Shown piece by piece: positions 36,909 through 45,085 of a stretch of 64,000 nt of DNA. The DNA lies in assembly GCA_038237685.1 (NCBI GenBank), contig JBBRYL010000001.1, forward strand, positions 38,189-102,188. Direction: 5' to 3'. The notes beneath the pieces were generated by a model that had not been told where the DNA came from, ran no database searches, and saw only the letters and a program-made list of their open reading frames with translations. The stretch's first letter is position 1. Each line of letters begins with the position of its first letter. The position numbers and the translations under genes were made by a program. The stretch is from Solirubrobacterales bacterium. GTDB taxonomy: Bacteria; Actinomycetota; Thermoleophilia; Solirubrobacterales; Thermoleophilaceae.

Positions 36909-36955
36909 GGCCTCACTCTAACCTCCGACTCTTCCCGGACTAGGATCACGGCCCG

Positions 36956-37915
36956 ATGGCTCTCGCGCTCAAGCCGCCGCTCAAGCCGCAGCTCGCGCGC
37001 TCGGCGAAGGAGCTTCCCGAGGGGGACGAGTGGCGCTACGAGCCCAAGTGGGACGGCTTTCGCATCGTCGCGTTTCGCGATGGCCAAGACGTGCACCTGC
37101 AGAGCCGCGGGGGCAAGCCGATGGACCGCTACTTCCCCGAGGTCGTCGAGCAGGTCCTGGCGATGCCCGAGGCGCGAGTGGTTCTAGACGGCGAGGTGGT
37201 GATCGAGATCGACGGCGTGCAGGAGTTCGACCTGCTGAGCCAACGGATCCATCCCGCGGCATCCCGCGTGGAGAAGCTGTCGCAGGAGACCCCGGCGCGG
37301 TTCGTGGCCTTCGACGTGCTCGCCATTGACGACGAGTCGCTGCTCGAGCATGACTACGATGCCCGGCGCGCCCGGCTCGTCGAGCTCGACCTCGGTCCCG
37401 TCGACGTCTCGCCCAGCGTGTCGACCACAGATGACGCCGCGCAATGGCTCACCGGGAGCTCCGAGGGGGTCGTCGCAAAGCAGGGCGACGCCCGCTACCT
37501 GCCCGGCGAGCGCAAAGGCATGGTCAAGATCAAGCGCGTGCGCACCGCCGACGTCGTGGTGGTGGCTTACCGTGAGGGCAAGGAGAAGGACACCGTCGGC
37601 TCGCTGATCCTGGGCCTGTACGACGAGGACGGCGACCTGCACGTGGTTGGCCACACCTCTGGCTTCAAGGCCCAGGAGAAGCGCGACCTGGTGGGCTTCC
37701 TCGCCCCCTACCGCACCGACGAGCGCGGCTCGGGCGGCCCGTCGCGCTGGAAGCCCGAGGAGGAGCTGATGTGGGAGGGGCTGCGCCCCGAGCTCGTGTG
37801 CGAGATCGCGTTCGACCACATCACCGGCGACCGCATCCGCCATGGCACCAAGCTGCTGCGCTGGCGTGAGGACAAGGCGCCGGCGGAGTGCTCGATGGAC
37901 CAGCTGCGGGTCTGA
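36956..37915 (+). CDS. ATP-dependent DNA ligase (LigD ligase-domain / LigC-like)
   Basis: Motif I EPKWDGFR (KxDG). About 320 aa with adenylation plus OB domains. Confidence 0.85.
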   Translation: MALALKPPLKPQLARSAKELPEGDEWRYEPKWDGFRIVAFRDGQDVHLQSRGGKPMDRYFPEVVEQVLAMPEARVVLDGEVVIEIDGVQEFDLLSQRIHPAASRVEKLSQETPARFVAFDVLAIDDESLLEHDYDARRARLVELDLGPVDVSPSVSTTDDAAQWLTGSSEGVVAKQGDARYLPGERKGMVKIKRVRTADVVVVAYREGKEKDTVGSLILGLYDEDGDLHVVGHTSGFKAQEKRDLVGFLAPYRTDERGSGGPSRWKPEEELMWEGLRPELVCEIAFDHITGDRIRHGTKLLRWREDKAPAECSMDQLRV

Positions 37916-37990
37916 GCAATCGTGCTAATTGGCCCAGGATCATGGTAATTTGGGCTTCTTTATCACGATTTATGACCAGGGACTAGCACG

Positions 37991-38191
37991 ATGCAGAGCT
38001 TCGTGAACCTAGAGCGAAGCTTCAGCCGGGCAACCGCGAGAACTCAAGCAGCGATCCTCGCGAGAATCGACACGGGAGCCTTGTCCGACGTGAGTCCGGC
38101 GACGGTCCGGGTCGTGCTGAACGAGTTGCGCGATGCGGGCCGAATCGAGACGCACGGCGGGGGCCCGAGCGCTAACTGGCGCCGCCTCTGA
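37991..38191 (+). CDS. Orphan 66-aa winged-helix-like ORF (possible gene remnant)
   Basis: ATVRVVLNELRDAGRIETHGGGPSANWRRL resembles the C-terminal wHTH of larger regulator or Fic-type proteins. More A/T-ending codons than its neighbours, and preceded by a 75-bp AT-richer spacer. Confidence 0.4.
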   Translation: MQSFVNLERSFSRATARTQAAILARIDTGALSDVSPATVRVVLNELRDAGRIETHGGGPSANWRRL

Positions 38192-38228
38192 TCCTGGCCG
38201 CCCGTCACCCGCCATATGCTCCGCGCCG

Positions 38229-39287
38229 ATGGCCAAGAGCGACGCCACCACGGTCGAGGTCGACGGGCGCGAGGTGCGGGTGTCGAGCCCGGGCCGCGTG
38301 ATCTTTCCCGCCACCGGGCGCACGCCGGAGATCACGAAGGTGCAGGTGGTCGAGTACTACGTGGCGGTGGGCGGCGGCATCCTGCGTGCGCTGCTTGACC
38401 GGCCGACCACGCTGGAGCGCTGGCCCAAAGGCGTGCACGAGGGCATGAGCCTGTCCACGCGGGAGGGCCACAAGGGCGAGGCCTTCTACCAGAAGCGGGT
38501 ACCTAAGGGCGCCCCTGACTACCTGGAGACGGCACGGATCGAATTTCCCTCCGGCCGGCACGCCGACGAGATCTGCCCGACCGAGCTTGCCGTGGTGGCG
38601 TGGTGTGGGCACATGGGCACGATCACCTTCCACCCGTGGCCGGTGCGCAGCTCTGATGTCGACCACCCCGACGAGCTGCGAATCGACCTCGACCCCCAGG
38701 AGGGCACCGACTTCGCCGACGCGCAGGTGGTGGCGGCGGAGGCGAAGGTGTTGCTCGAGGAGCTGGGCTATCGCGGCTTCCCGAAGACCTCCGGCGGGCG
38801 TGGCATCCACATCTACGTGCGCATCGAGCCGAAGTGGACCTTCACCGACGTGCGCCACGCCGCCATCGCGTTCGGGCGTGAGCTCTCGCGCCGGATGCCC
38901 GACCAGGTGACCACCAAGTGGTGGAAGGAAGAGCGCGGCGAGCGCGTGTTCATCGACTACAACCAGAATGCGCGCGACCGCACCATCGCCTCGCCCTACT
39001 CGATACGCGCCAAGCCGGGCGCTCCGGTCTCGGCCCCGCTGCTGTGGGACGAGGTGGCCCAGGTGAAGCCCGAGGACTTCGCCGTCGCCACCATGCCGGC
39101 GCGCTTCGCCGAGGTGGGCGACCGCTTCGCCGAGATCGACGCGGTCGCACACTCCCTACAGCCGCTGCTCGACATGTACGCGGCAGACGTCGAGGGCGAC
39201 ATGCCCTACCCGCCCGACTATCCGAAGATGCCGGGCGAACCCAAACGGGTGCAGCCGTCGCGCGACACCGACCGCAAGGAGTCGTAG
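38229..39287 (+). CDS. ligD: NHEJ DNA polymerase/primase (LigD polymerase domain)
   Basis: AEP primase-polymerase motifs DELRIDLDP and KTSGGRGIHIY. In-frame ATG at 38229. Confidence 0.85.
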   Translation: MAKSDATTVEVDGREVRVSSPGRVIFPATGRTPEITKVQVVEYYVAVGGGILRALLDRPTTLERWPKGVHEGMSLSTREGHKGEAFYQKRVPKGAPDYLETARIEFPSGRHADEICPTELAVVAWCGHMGTITFHPWPVRSSDVDHPDELRIDLDPQEGTDFADAQVVAAEAKVLLEELGYRGFPKTSGGRGIHIYVRIEPKWTFTDVRHAAIAFGRELSRRMPDQVTTKWWKEERGERVFIDYNQNARDRTIASPYSIRAKPGAPVSAPLLWDEVAQVKPEDFAVATMPARFAEVGDRFAEIDAVAHSLQPLLDMYAADVEGDMPYPPDYPKMPGEPKRVQPSRDTDRKES

Positions 39288-39321
39288 CCGTGCGGTTGGA
39301 GGCGTTGCAAGCGGACGCCGC

Positions 39322-40289
39322 GTGAGCCTGCCCGCTCTGGTCGCTCCCGACAGCTTCAAGGGCACGTTCTCGGCGGCCGAGGTCGCACACGCAATCGCCA
39401 CCGGGCTGCGGTCCGGCGGCCGTGAGGCCACCGAGCTGCCGGTGGCCGACGGCGGTGAGGGCACGATGGACGTGCTGCTGGCCACGCTCGACGGAGAGCG
39501 GCACACCGTGGAGGTCAGCGACCCGCTCGGCCGTTCGGTGGAGGCGACCTTCGCCCTGCTTGCCGACGGCACCGGCGTGGTCGAGTGCGCCCAGGCGAGC
39601 GGTCTCGGCCTGGTGGCGCAGGACGAACGGGATCCGATCGGGGCGTCTACTCGTGGCACCGGCGAGCTGATCGTGGCGGCCTGCGAGGCGGGCGCCGAGG
39701 TCGTGATGGTGGCTGTTGGGGGAAGCGCCACGACCGATGGCGGGCAGGATGTGGTGGCCCAGGCCGGCCTGCGACCGCGGCTCGAAGTCGTTTGTGACGT
39801 GCGTACGCCATTCGAGGACGCGCCGCGCGTGTTCGCGCCCCAGAAAGGCGCTTCGCGCGAACAGGTCGCCGAGCTGGAGCGGCGCCAGCAATCCCTGGCG
39901 GAGGCTGCGCCGAAGGACCCGCGGGGGGAGCCGATGACCGGCGCTGCCGGCGGCCTGTCCGGCGGCCTCTGGGCCCACTTCGGCGCGCGGCTCGTGCCCG
40001 CGCCCCCTACGTGCTCGACCGCCTGGGCTACGACGCGTTGATGCGCGCCAGCGCGTTCGTGGTCACAGGCGAGGGCCGGCTGGATCGCCAGACGCTGCAG
40101 GGAAAGATCGTCGGCGAGGTGGCCACCCGGGCTCGCCAGGCGGGTGTGCGCTGCAACGCCATCGTCGGCAGCCGCGCGCTCAGTCCATTCGAAGCTCGCA
40201 TCATCGACCTGGAGACCGTGACGGAGGCCACGACCGTCCGCGAGCTCGAGGCGGCCGGTCGCGAACTGGCGCAGGGGGCCGGTGACTAG
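39322..40289 (+). pseudogene. Glycerate kinase, interrupted by a -1/+1 frameshift near 39995-40010
   Basis: ORF 39322-40041 carries APDSFKG and ADGGEGT. ORF 40011-40289 in another frame carries VVTGEGRLDRQTLQGK. The junction lies at a C-run (GCGCCCCCTACG). Confidence 0.8.
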
Positions 40290-40645
40290 GAGTCTGTTGG
40301 GGAATTGCTCGTTGGTCGGGGTGGTTCAGCCGGGGTTGTGGGCGCCGCACAAATTCCGAAGTCGATGCCGGTGGCATCGGCGAGGATTTGGGGGGCGATC
40401 CACAGCCGCGGATGGGCCGCAGCCGGCCCCGAGCAATTTTTCAACAGGCTCCTAGGCCGCTCTCCTCGCCAACTGGAGTCACGTCGAGGACGGCAAGCTC
40501 ACCCGGATCCGGGTGACCTTCGACGCGAGCCCTTTCAGGGACTGACTCCGCATCGGCGGGCACTTCTCAGAGTTCTCACAAGAGAGCCCGTGACGATCGA
40601 CGACAGCCGACGACCGCGCCGGACACCGATCGAGAAGGAGACAGC

Positions 40646-41194
40646 GTGAGAAACACAAGAGTTGTTGTGGTGGTGCTAGGCGTGGTGGTTGCGGCGCTCG
40701 CGGCCTCGAGCGCCCTGGCCGTGACCGGCAACCCCCTGGCAAAAAAGGACGCAAACGACCGGCAGCAGCGTCAGGCCGCGGCGCTCGGCAAGAAGCTCGG
40801 CATCGCCCCGTCGAAGGTGAGCAAGGCGCTGAGTGCGATCCATGCCGACCGCCGCGAGGCGCGGCAGACACGGCGGGCCTCCGAGCTTGCCAAGCGCCTC
40901 GGGGTCTCACCCACGGCCGCGAGGAACGCCCTCGCCAAGGGCAGGGACGCGGCACAGGCCGCAGGCAAGGGCAACAAGCCGGGCAAGGCCTTCCGCGCCG
41001 CCGTGGCCAAGGAGCTGAGCAAGAGCCCCGCTGCGGTCGGCAAGGCACTGAAGGGCATGCGCAAGGCGAAGCTGACCGAGCGCCTGTCCGCCGCAGAGCA
41101 CAACGGCACGATCACCAAGAAGCGCGCCGACAAGCTGCGCAAGAGGATCGCGTCGGGCAAGCTCGGCCCAAAGGTCGCGGGCGCGCTGCGGTGA
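40646..41194 (+). CDS. Secreted, basic Ala/Lys/Arg-rich protein with three internal repeats
   Basis: Strong RBS GAAGGAGA 5 nt before the GTG. Signal peptide. Three repeats of the K-x-LG-x-x-P-x-x-x-x-x-AL type. The stop overlaps the response-regulator start. Confidence 0.6.
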   Translation: MRNTRVVVVVLGVVVAALAASSALAVTGNPLAKKDANDRQQRQAAALGKKLGIAPSKVSKALSAIHADRREARQTRRASELAKRLGVSPTAARNALAKGRDAAQAAGKGNKPGKAFRAAVAKELSKSPAAVGKALKGMRKAKLTERLSAAEHNGTITKKRADKLRKRIASGKLGPKVAGALR

Positions 41195-41877
41195 GACCCG
41201 GCCGCACCCCGCGGGTGCTGGTGGTCGATGACGAGGAGTCGATCCGGGTCGCCCTCGAGCGCGCGTTGCGGCTCGAGGGCTTCTCCGTGGGCTTGGCCGT
41301 GGATGGCGCCGACGCGCTGGCGCAGATGGAGAGCGAATCCCACGACATCGTCGTGCTCGACGTGGCCATGCCCGGCATGAGCGGCGTGCGCGTGACCGAG
41401 CGTTTGCGCGAGCGCGGTGAGCGCGTGCCGGTGTGCATGCTCTTGGCCCGCGACGAAGTGGCCGACCGGGTGGCGGGGCTGCGGGCGGGAGCTGACGACT
41501 ACCTGGTCAAGCCGTTCGCGCTCCAGGAGCTCGTGGCTCGCCTGCACGCCCTGCTCCGGCGCACGCCGGAAGGCGATCCCGCGCCGCTGGCCGTGGGCGA
41601 CCTCACCGTCGACCCGGGCCGCCGCACCGTCCACCGCGGCGCGCGGCCGGTCACGCTCACCGGCCGCGAGTTCGATCTGCTCGAGGCCCTGGCACGCCAT
41701 CCGTCCATCGTGCTGTCGCGCGCCCAGCTGCTCGAGCAGGTCTGGGGCTATGACTTCGAGGTCGATGGCAACGTCGTCGACGTCTTCGTGTCCTACCTCC
41801 GACGAAAGCTCGAGGCCGGCGGAGAGCCGCGGATGCTGCATACGGTCCGTGGCGTGGGCTTCAGCCTCCGCCCGTGA
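41191..41877 (+). CDS. OmpR/PhoB-family response regulator
   Basis: Receiver domain ([21 protein letters not shown]) plus a winged-helix output domain (TVRGVGF). Confidence 0.9.
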   Translation: MRPGRTPRVLVVDDEESIRVALERALRLEGFSVGLAVDGADALAQMESESHDIVVLDVAMPGMSGVRVTERLRERGERVPVCMLLARDEVADRVAGLRAGADDYLVKPFALQELVARLHALLRRTPEGDPAPLAVGDLTVDPGRRTVHRGARPVTLTGREFDLLEALARHPSIVLSRAQLLEQVWGYDFEVDGNVVDVFVSYLRRKLEAGGEPRMLHTVRGVGFSLRP

Positions 41878-43220
41878 GGGCGCCGCGCTCACTGCGCGCT
41901 CGCGTGGCCGGGCTCGTGGTTGTGGCCGTTGCCGTCGCTCTGGCCGTGGTGGGTCTCGTGGTGACTGGATCCTTCGCCGCCAGGGAGCGCGAGGCTGTCG
42001 ACGCGCGCCTCTCCGAGCGGCCCGCCCCGGCGCTGGCGCGCGCGCTCAGGCGCGCGAAGGCGGCTGGACCGGAACGCGCGCTGCCGCCGCTGCTGCGCTT
42101 CGACGACGGCTTCGCGCGTCTAACCCGCGGAGGTGAGACGGTGGCATCGCTCGACGCGCCCGCCGGGATCTCGGCGCCCGGCCGCACGGGTATCGCAACG
42201 GTTGAGGCCGGAGACGACCGCTACCGCACCCTGACCCGGCGCACGCGCGGCGGGGCCCTGGTCCAGGTCGGGACCACCCTCGGACCCACCGAGCAGCGCA
42301 TAGGCAGCCTGCGCCGACGGGTGCTGGCGCTCTCGCTCGCCGCCGTCGCGCTGGCCGGGCTGGCCGCCTGGTGGCTCGCCGGCCTGGCGCTCGCGCCGCT
42401 TCGCGGCCTGCGCGCCGGTGCCGCTCGGGTGTCCTCGACGCGAGATCTGTCCACCCGGCTGGCCGCGGACGGGGGTATCGAGGAGCTCGATGCGCTGGCC
42501 GCGAGCGTGAACGCGATGCTTGCGCGACTCGAGCACTCCGCCGCCGACACCGACCGTGCGCTCGCGGCCACCAAGCGCTTCGCCGCCGACGCGGGGCACG
42601 AGATCCGCACACCGCTCACGGCGCTGCGCACCACGCTCGCGACCCTGGCGCGCAACCCCGACATCCCCGCCGCGGAACGCCGGGTCGCGCTCGACGAGGC
42701 CGAAGCCGAGGCGGACCGCTGCGCGCGCTTGCTCGACGCGCTGCAAACGCTGGCCCGGGGCGACGCCGGCGCCGCGCTGCCGGTGGAGCGGATCGACCTG
42801 GCCCCCCTGGTGGACGCCGCCGTGGAGCGCGCCCGCCGGCGGCATCCCGAGGACGTGTTCGCACTGGACGCCGCCGACGGCGAGGCCGCGATGGATGGCT
42901 GGCCCGACGGCGTGGCCACCCTGGTTGACAACCTGCTCGAGAACGCGACCCGCCACGGGGCGGAGCACTCACGCGTCCAGGTCGCGCTGGCTCCCTGCGC
43001 AAGCGGCATGTGGCGCCTGACCGTGGACGACGACGGGCCGGGCATCGCCGAGGCCGACCGCGACCGGTTGTTCGGTCGCTTCGAGCGAGGCAACCACCGC
43101 GCGCACGGGTCGGGGCTCGGACTCGCGCTCGTGCGCCAGCAGGCACGGCTGCACGGCGGCGACGCGCTCATCGAAACCTCGCCCCTTGGCGGAGCGCGAG
43201 TAGTCGTGACGGTGGGCTGA
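41874..43220 (+). CDS. Sensor histidine kinase (TM, HAMP, HisKA, HATPase_c)
   Basis: H-box [15 protein letters not shown] boxes ([19 protein letters not shown]). 4-nt overlap with the regulator gene. Confidence 0.9.
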   Translation: MRAPRSLRARVAGLVVVAVAVALAVVGLVVTGSFAAREREAVDARLSERPAPALARALRRAKAAGPERALPPLLRFDDGFARLTRGGETVASLDAPAGISAPGRTGIATVEAGDDRYRTLTRRTRGGALVQVGTTLGPTEQRIGSLRRRVLALSLAAVALAGLAAWWLAGLALAPLRGLRAGAARVSSTRDLSTRLAADGGIEELDALAASVNAMLARLEHSAADTDRALAATKRFAADAGHEIRTPLTALRTTLATLARNPDIPAAERRVALDEAEAEADRCARLLDALQTLARGDAGAALPVERIDLAPLVDAAVERARRRHPEDVFALDAADGEAAMDGWPDGVATLVDNLLENATRHGAEHSRVQVALAPCASGMWRLTVDDDGPGIAEADRDRLFGRFERGNHRAHGSGLGLALVRQQARLHGGDALIETSPLGGARVVVTVG

Positions 43221-43227
43221 CCGTCGC

Positions 43228-43995
43228 TCAAGCCATCAGCGAGGCGACTACGGCCTCGTAGAAGCCTTCGCCGTGGCCCGACTCGGTGCGCTCGACGTTC
43301 GCGTGGCCGCCGCCGTGGGCGTCGGAGTTGGCCACGAGGAAGAACCGCCCGACCGCGTCGGCCATCGCCAGGTCCTCGGCCGAGTCACCGACCGCGACGC
43401 ACTCGTCCACCGCGTATCCGCGCGCCTGCATGTGCAGCGCGACGGCGGCGACCTTCGACGTCTGGACGGGCACCAGGTGGAAGATGCTGCTCGCGGGGTC
43501 GGGCGAGCCGTTGTCGAGCAGGCGCAGCCCGGTCAAGCCCTCGCGCTGCAGGACCGCATTTGCCTCGGCGGCGTCTACCGTGCCCCTGAAGAGGTGCGAG
43601 ACGAACCGATCGCGGTGGTAGGGATGCAGATACTCAAGGCGGCCTGCGAACTCCTCGAGCAGCAGGGCCGGTGCGCCGGAGTCCGCGATCAACTGGTGGG
43701 GGGTGCGGTCGTCGGTGGGGATGAACTCGCCGCAGAGCAGGTGCTCCTCGCCCCCGACCACCACGCCCGACCCGACCTCGTACACGTAGGAGTCCTGGCC
43801 GAGCAGCCGTGCGTCCTCCATCACCTGCGCCTTGCGGCGGCCCGACACACAGACCACCTCGACCCCGGCCCTGTGACAGGCCTCGAGCGCGCGAGCGGGA
43901 AGCAGCGTGAACTCGCCCTCGCCGGTCCGAAACAGCGAGGCGCCGGCGCCCAGCAGGGTGCCGTCGAGATCGGTGTAGACGCAGCGCAACGCCAT
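43228..43995 (-). CDS. HAD-IIB (Cof/MpgP-like) phosphatase, candidate glucosyl-3-phosphoglycerate phosphatase
   Basis: YTDLDGTLL and VGDSAEDLAM motifs. Sits immediately downstream of gpgS. The function is a context inference. Confidence 0.75.
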   Translation of the reverse strand: MALRCVYTDLDGTLLGAGASLFRTGEGEFTLLPARALEACHRAGVEVVCVSGRRKAQVMEDARLLGQDSYVYEVGSGVVVGGEEHLLCGEFIPTDDRTPHQLIADSGAPALLLEEFAGRLEYLHPYHRDRFVSHLFRGTVDAAEANAVLQREGLTGLRLLDNGSPDPASSIFHLVPVQTSKVAAVALHMQARGYAVDECVAVGDSAEDLAMADAVGRFFLVANSDAHGGGHANVERTESGHGEGFYEAVVASLMA

Positions 43996-44007
43996 CGGCG
44001 AGCGAGC

Positions 44008-44856
44008 CTAGGCCGGCACGAGCGTTGCGAACGGCGGCCGCACGATGACCGGGCTCGCGGCGGGCGGCCCGAGCAGCCGGCCGTCGTGGTGCAGACGGTC
44101 GGTAATCACCGCGAGCACCGACTCGGCCATCGGCCTGAGGGCTTCGAGCGACTGGTGCGCGTTGCGGCGCTCCCCGAGGTGGACCTGGGCGATCGCGTCC
44201 GCGCCGATCACGTCGCGCAGCTCGAGCAACATGGCCGCCTCGACTGAGTAACCGGTGGCGAACGGAATGCGCTGCAACAGCGCTCGCGACGCCGCGACCT
44301 CGCCTGCCAGTGGCTGGACGAGATCCGCGAGGTCGGGGTAGAAGGCCGCGAGCAGGGGCCGCGCTGTCAGCTGGCTCACGCGCCCGCCGCCGTTGGCCAC
44401 CTCGTGGCCGCCGACCACATATGGGCGGTTGTAGGTGGCCTTGACGAACTCCGCGCCTGAGTCGGTCAGGAGCGGCCCGAGCAGACCGGTGACGAACGCG
44501 GGTGAGAAGTCGCGCGTGTCGGCATCGATGTAGACCACGAGATCGCACCGCACCGCGGCCAGCGCCCGCCACATGGCGTCGCCCTTGCCGAGCACCGGCC
44601 CGGCCTCGGGTACCAGCGAGCCCTGCTGGAGTACCTCTGCCCCCGCCGCGAACGCCACCTCGACGGTGGCGTCCCGCGAGCCACCGTCGACCACCAGGAT
44701 TTGGTCCACGAGCTCGCCTAGCCCGCGAATCCGCTCCACGATGAAGCCCACGGTGTCGGCCACCTCGAGTGCGGGAAGCACCACCGAGACCGTCTGGCTC
44801 TTGCGCTGCAGCAACTGCGCCGGCGCGAAGTCGGAGTGGTCGAAGGTCGTGGTCAT
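44008..44856 (-). CDS. gpgS: Glucosyl-3-phosphoglycerate synthase (GT81)
   Basis: VSVVLPAL..., GKGDAMWRALAA, YIDADTRDF, GGGRVSQLTARPLL match mycobacterial GpgS blocks as I recall them. ATG at 44856 lies inside the repeat described in the findings. Confidence 0.8.
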   Translation of the reverse strand: MTTTFDHSDFAPAQLLQRKSQTVSVVLPALEVADTVGFIVERIRGLGELVDQILVVDGGSRDATVEVAFAAGAEVLQQGSLVPEAGPVLGKGDAMWRALAAVRCDLVVYIDADTRDFSPAFVTGLLGPLLTDSGAEFVKATYNRPYVVGGHEVANGGGRVSQLTARPLLAAFYPDLADLVQPLAGEVAASRALLQRIPFATGYSVEAAMLLELRDVIGADAIAQVHLGERRNAHQSLEALRPMAESVLAVITDRLHHDGRLLGPPAASPVIVRPPFATLVPA

Positions 44857-44943
44857 CGCGGGCCTACTATGGCTGTCCGCGTCGGTGACTCCCGAAACCC
44901 GTGGCCGTGGGAGTCCATTCAGCAGCGCGGCGAGGGCGAGCAG
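44844..44943. repeat. Dispersed repeat, copy 1 (about 96% identical to 59913-60010)
   Basis: Direct comparison of the two segments shows 2 substitutions and a 2-nt indel over about 100 nt. Contains hairpin GACTCCC-N15-GGGAGTC (44887-44915) and TACTAT (44865-44870). Confidence 0.85.
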
Positions 44944-45085
44944 ACGTCCGACGTGTCGGAGCGCCGCGTCGACCGTGGCGCTCAGCCCGGTGTGCCAAGC
45001 TCCTCCCGCGCGAGCGCCAGCACCTCTAACGCGATCCCAACCTTCGGACCTCACCCGCCAACCGGACGGGCGTCACGGTGACGGC

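Noticed and set aside
36909-36955. TCTAACCTCC in the DtxR / ligase divergent spacer, considered as an IdeR/DtxR iron box.
   Set aside because: Only a partial half-site (TAACCT) is present. There is no 19-bp palindrome of the TTAGGTTAGGCTAACCTAA type.
40305-40649. 114-aa plus-strand ORF in the gap after the glycerate kinase.
   Set aside because: It has a poor composition (Arg/Gly/Pro-rich), no start context and no recognisable motif. It also crosses the NTF2-like fragment in a different frame.
44844-44870. GGTCGTGGTCATCGCGG in the dispersed repeat, considered as a PhoP PHO box (GKTCAYYYRSG direct repeats).
   Set aside because: Only one 11-nt unit matches, at 9 of 11 positions, and there is no second correctly phased unit. 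The evidence is too weak to call.
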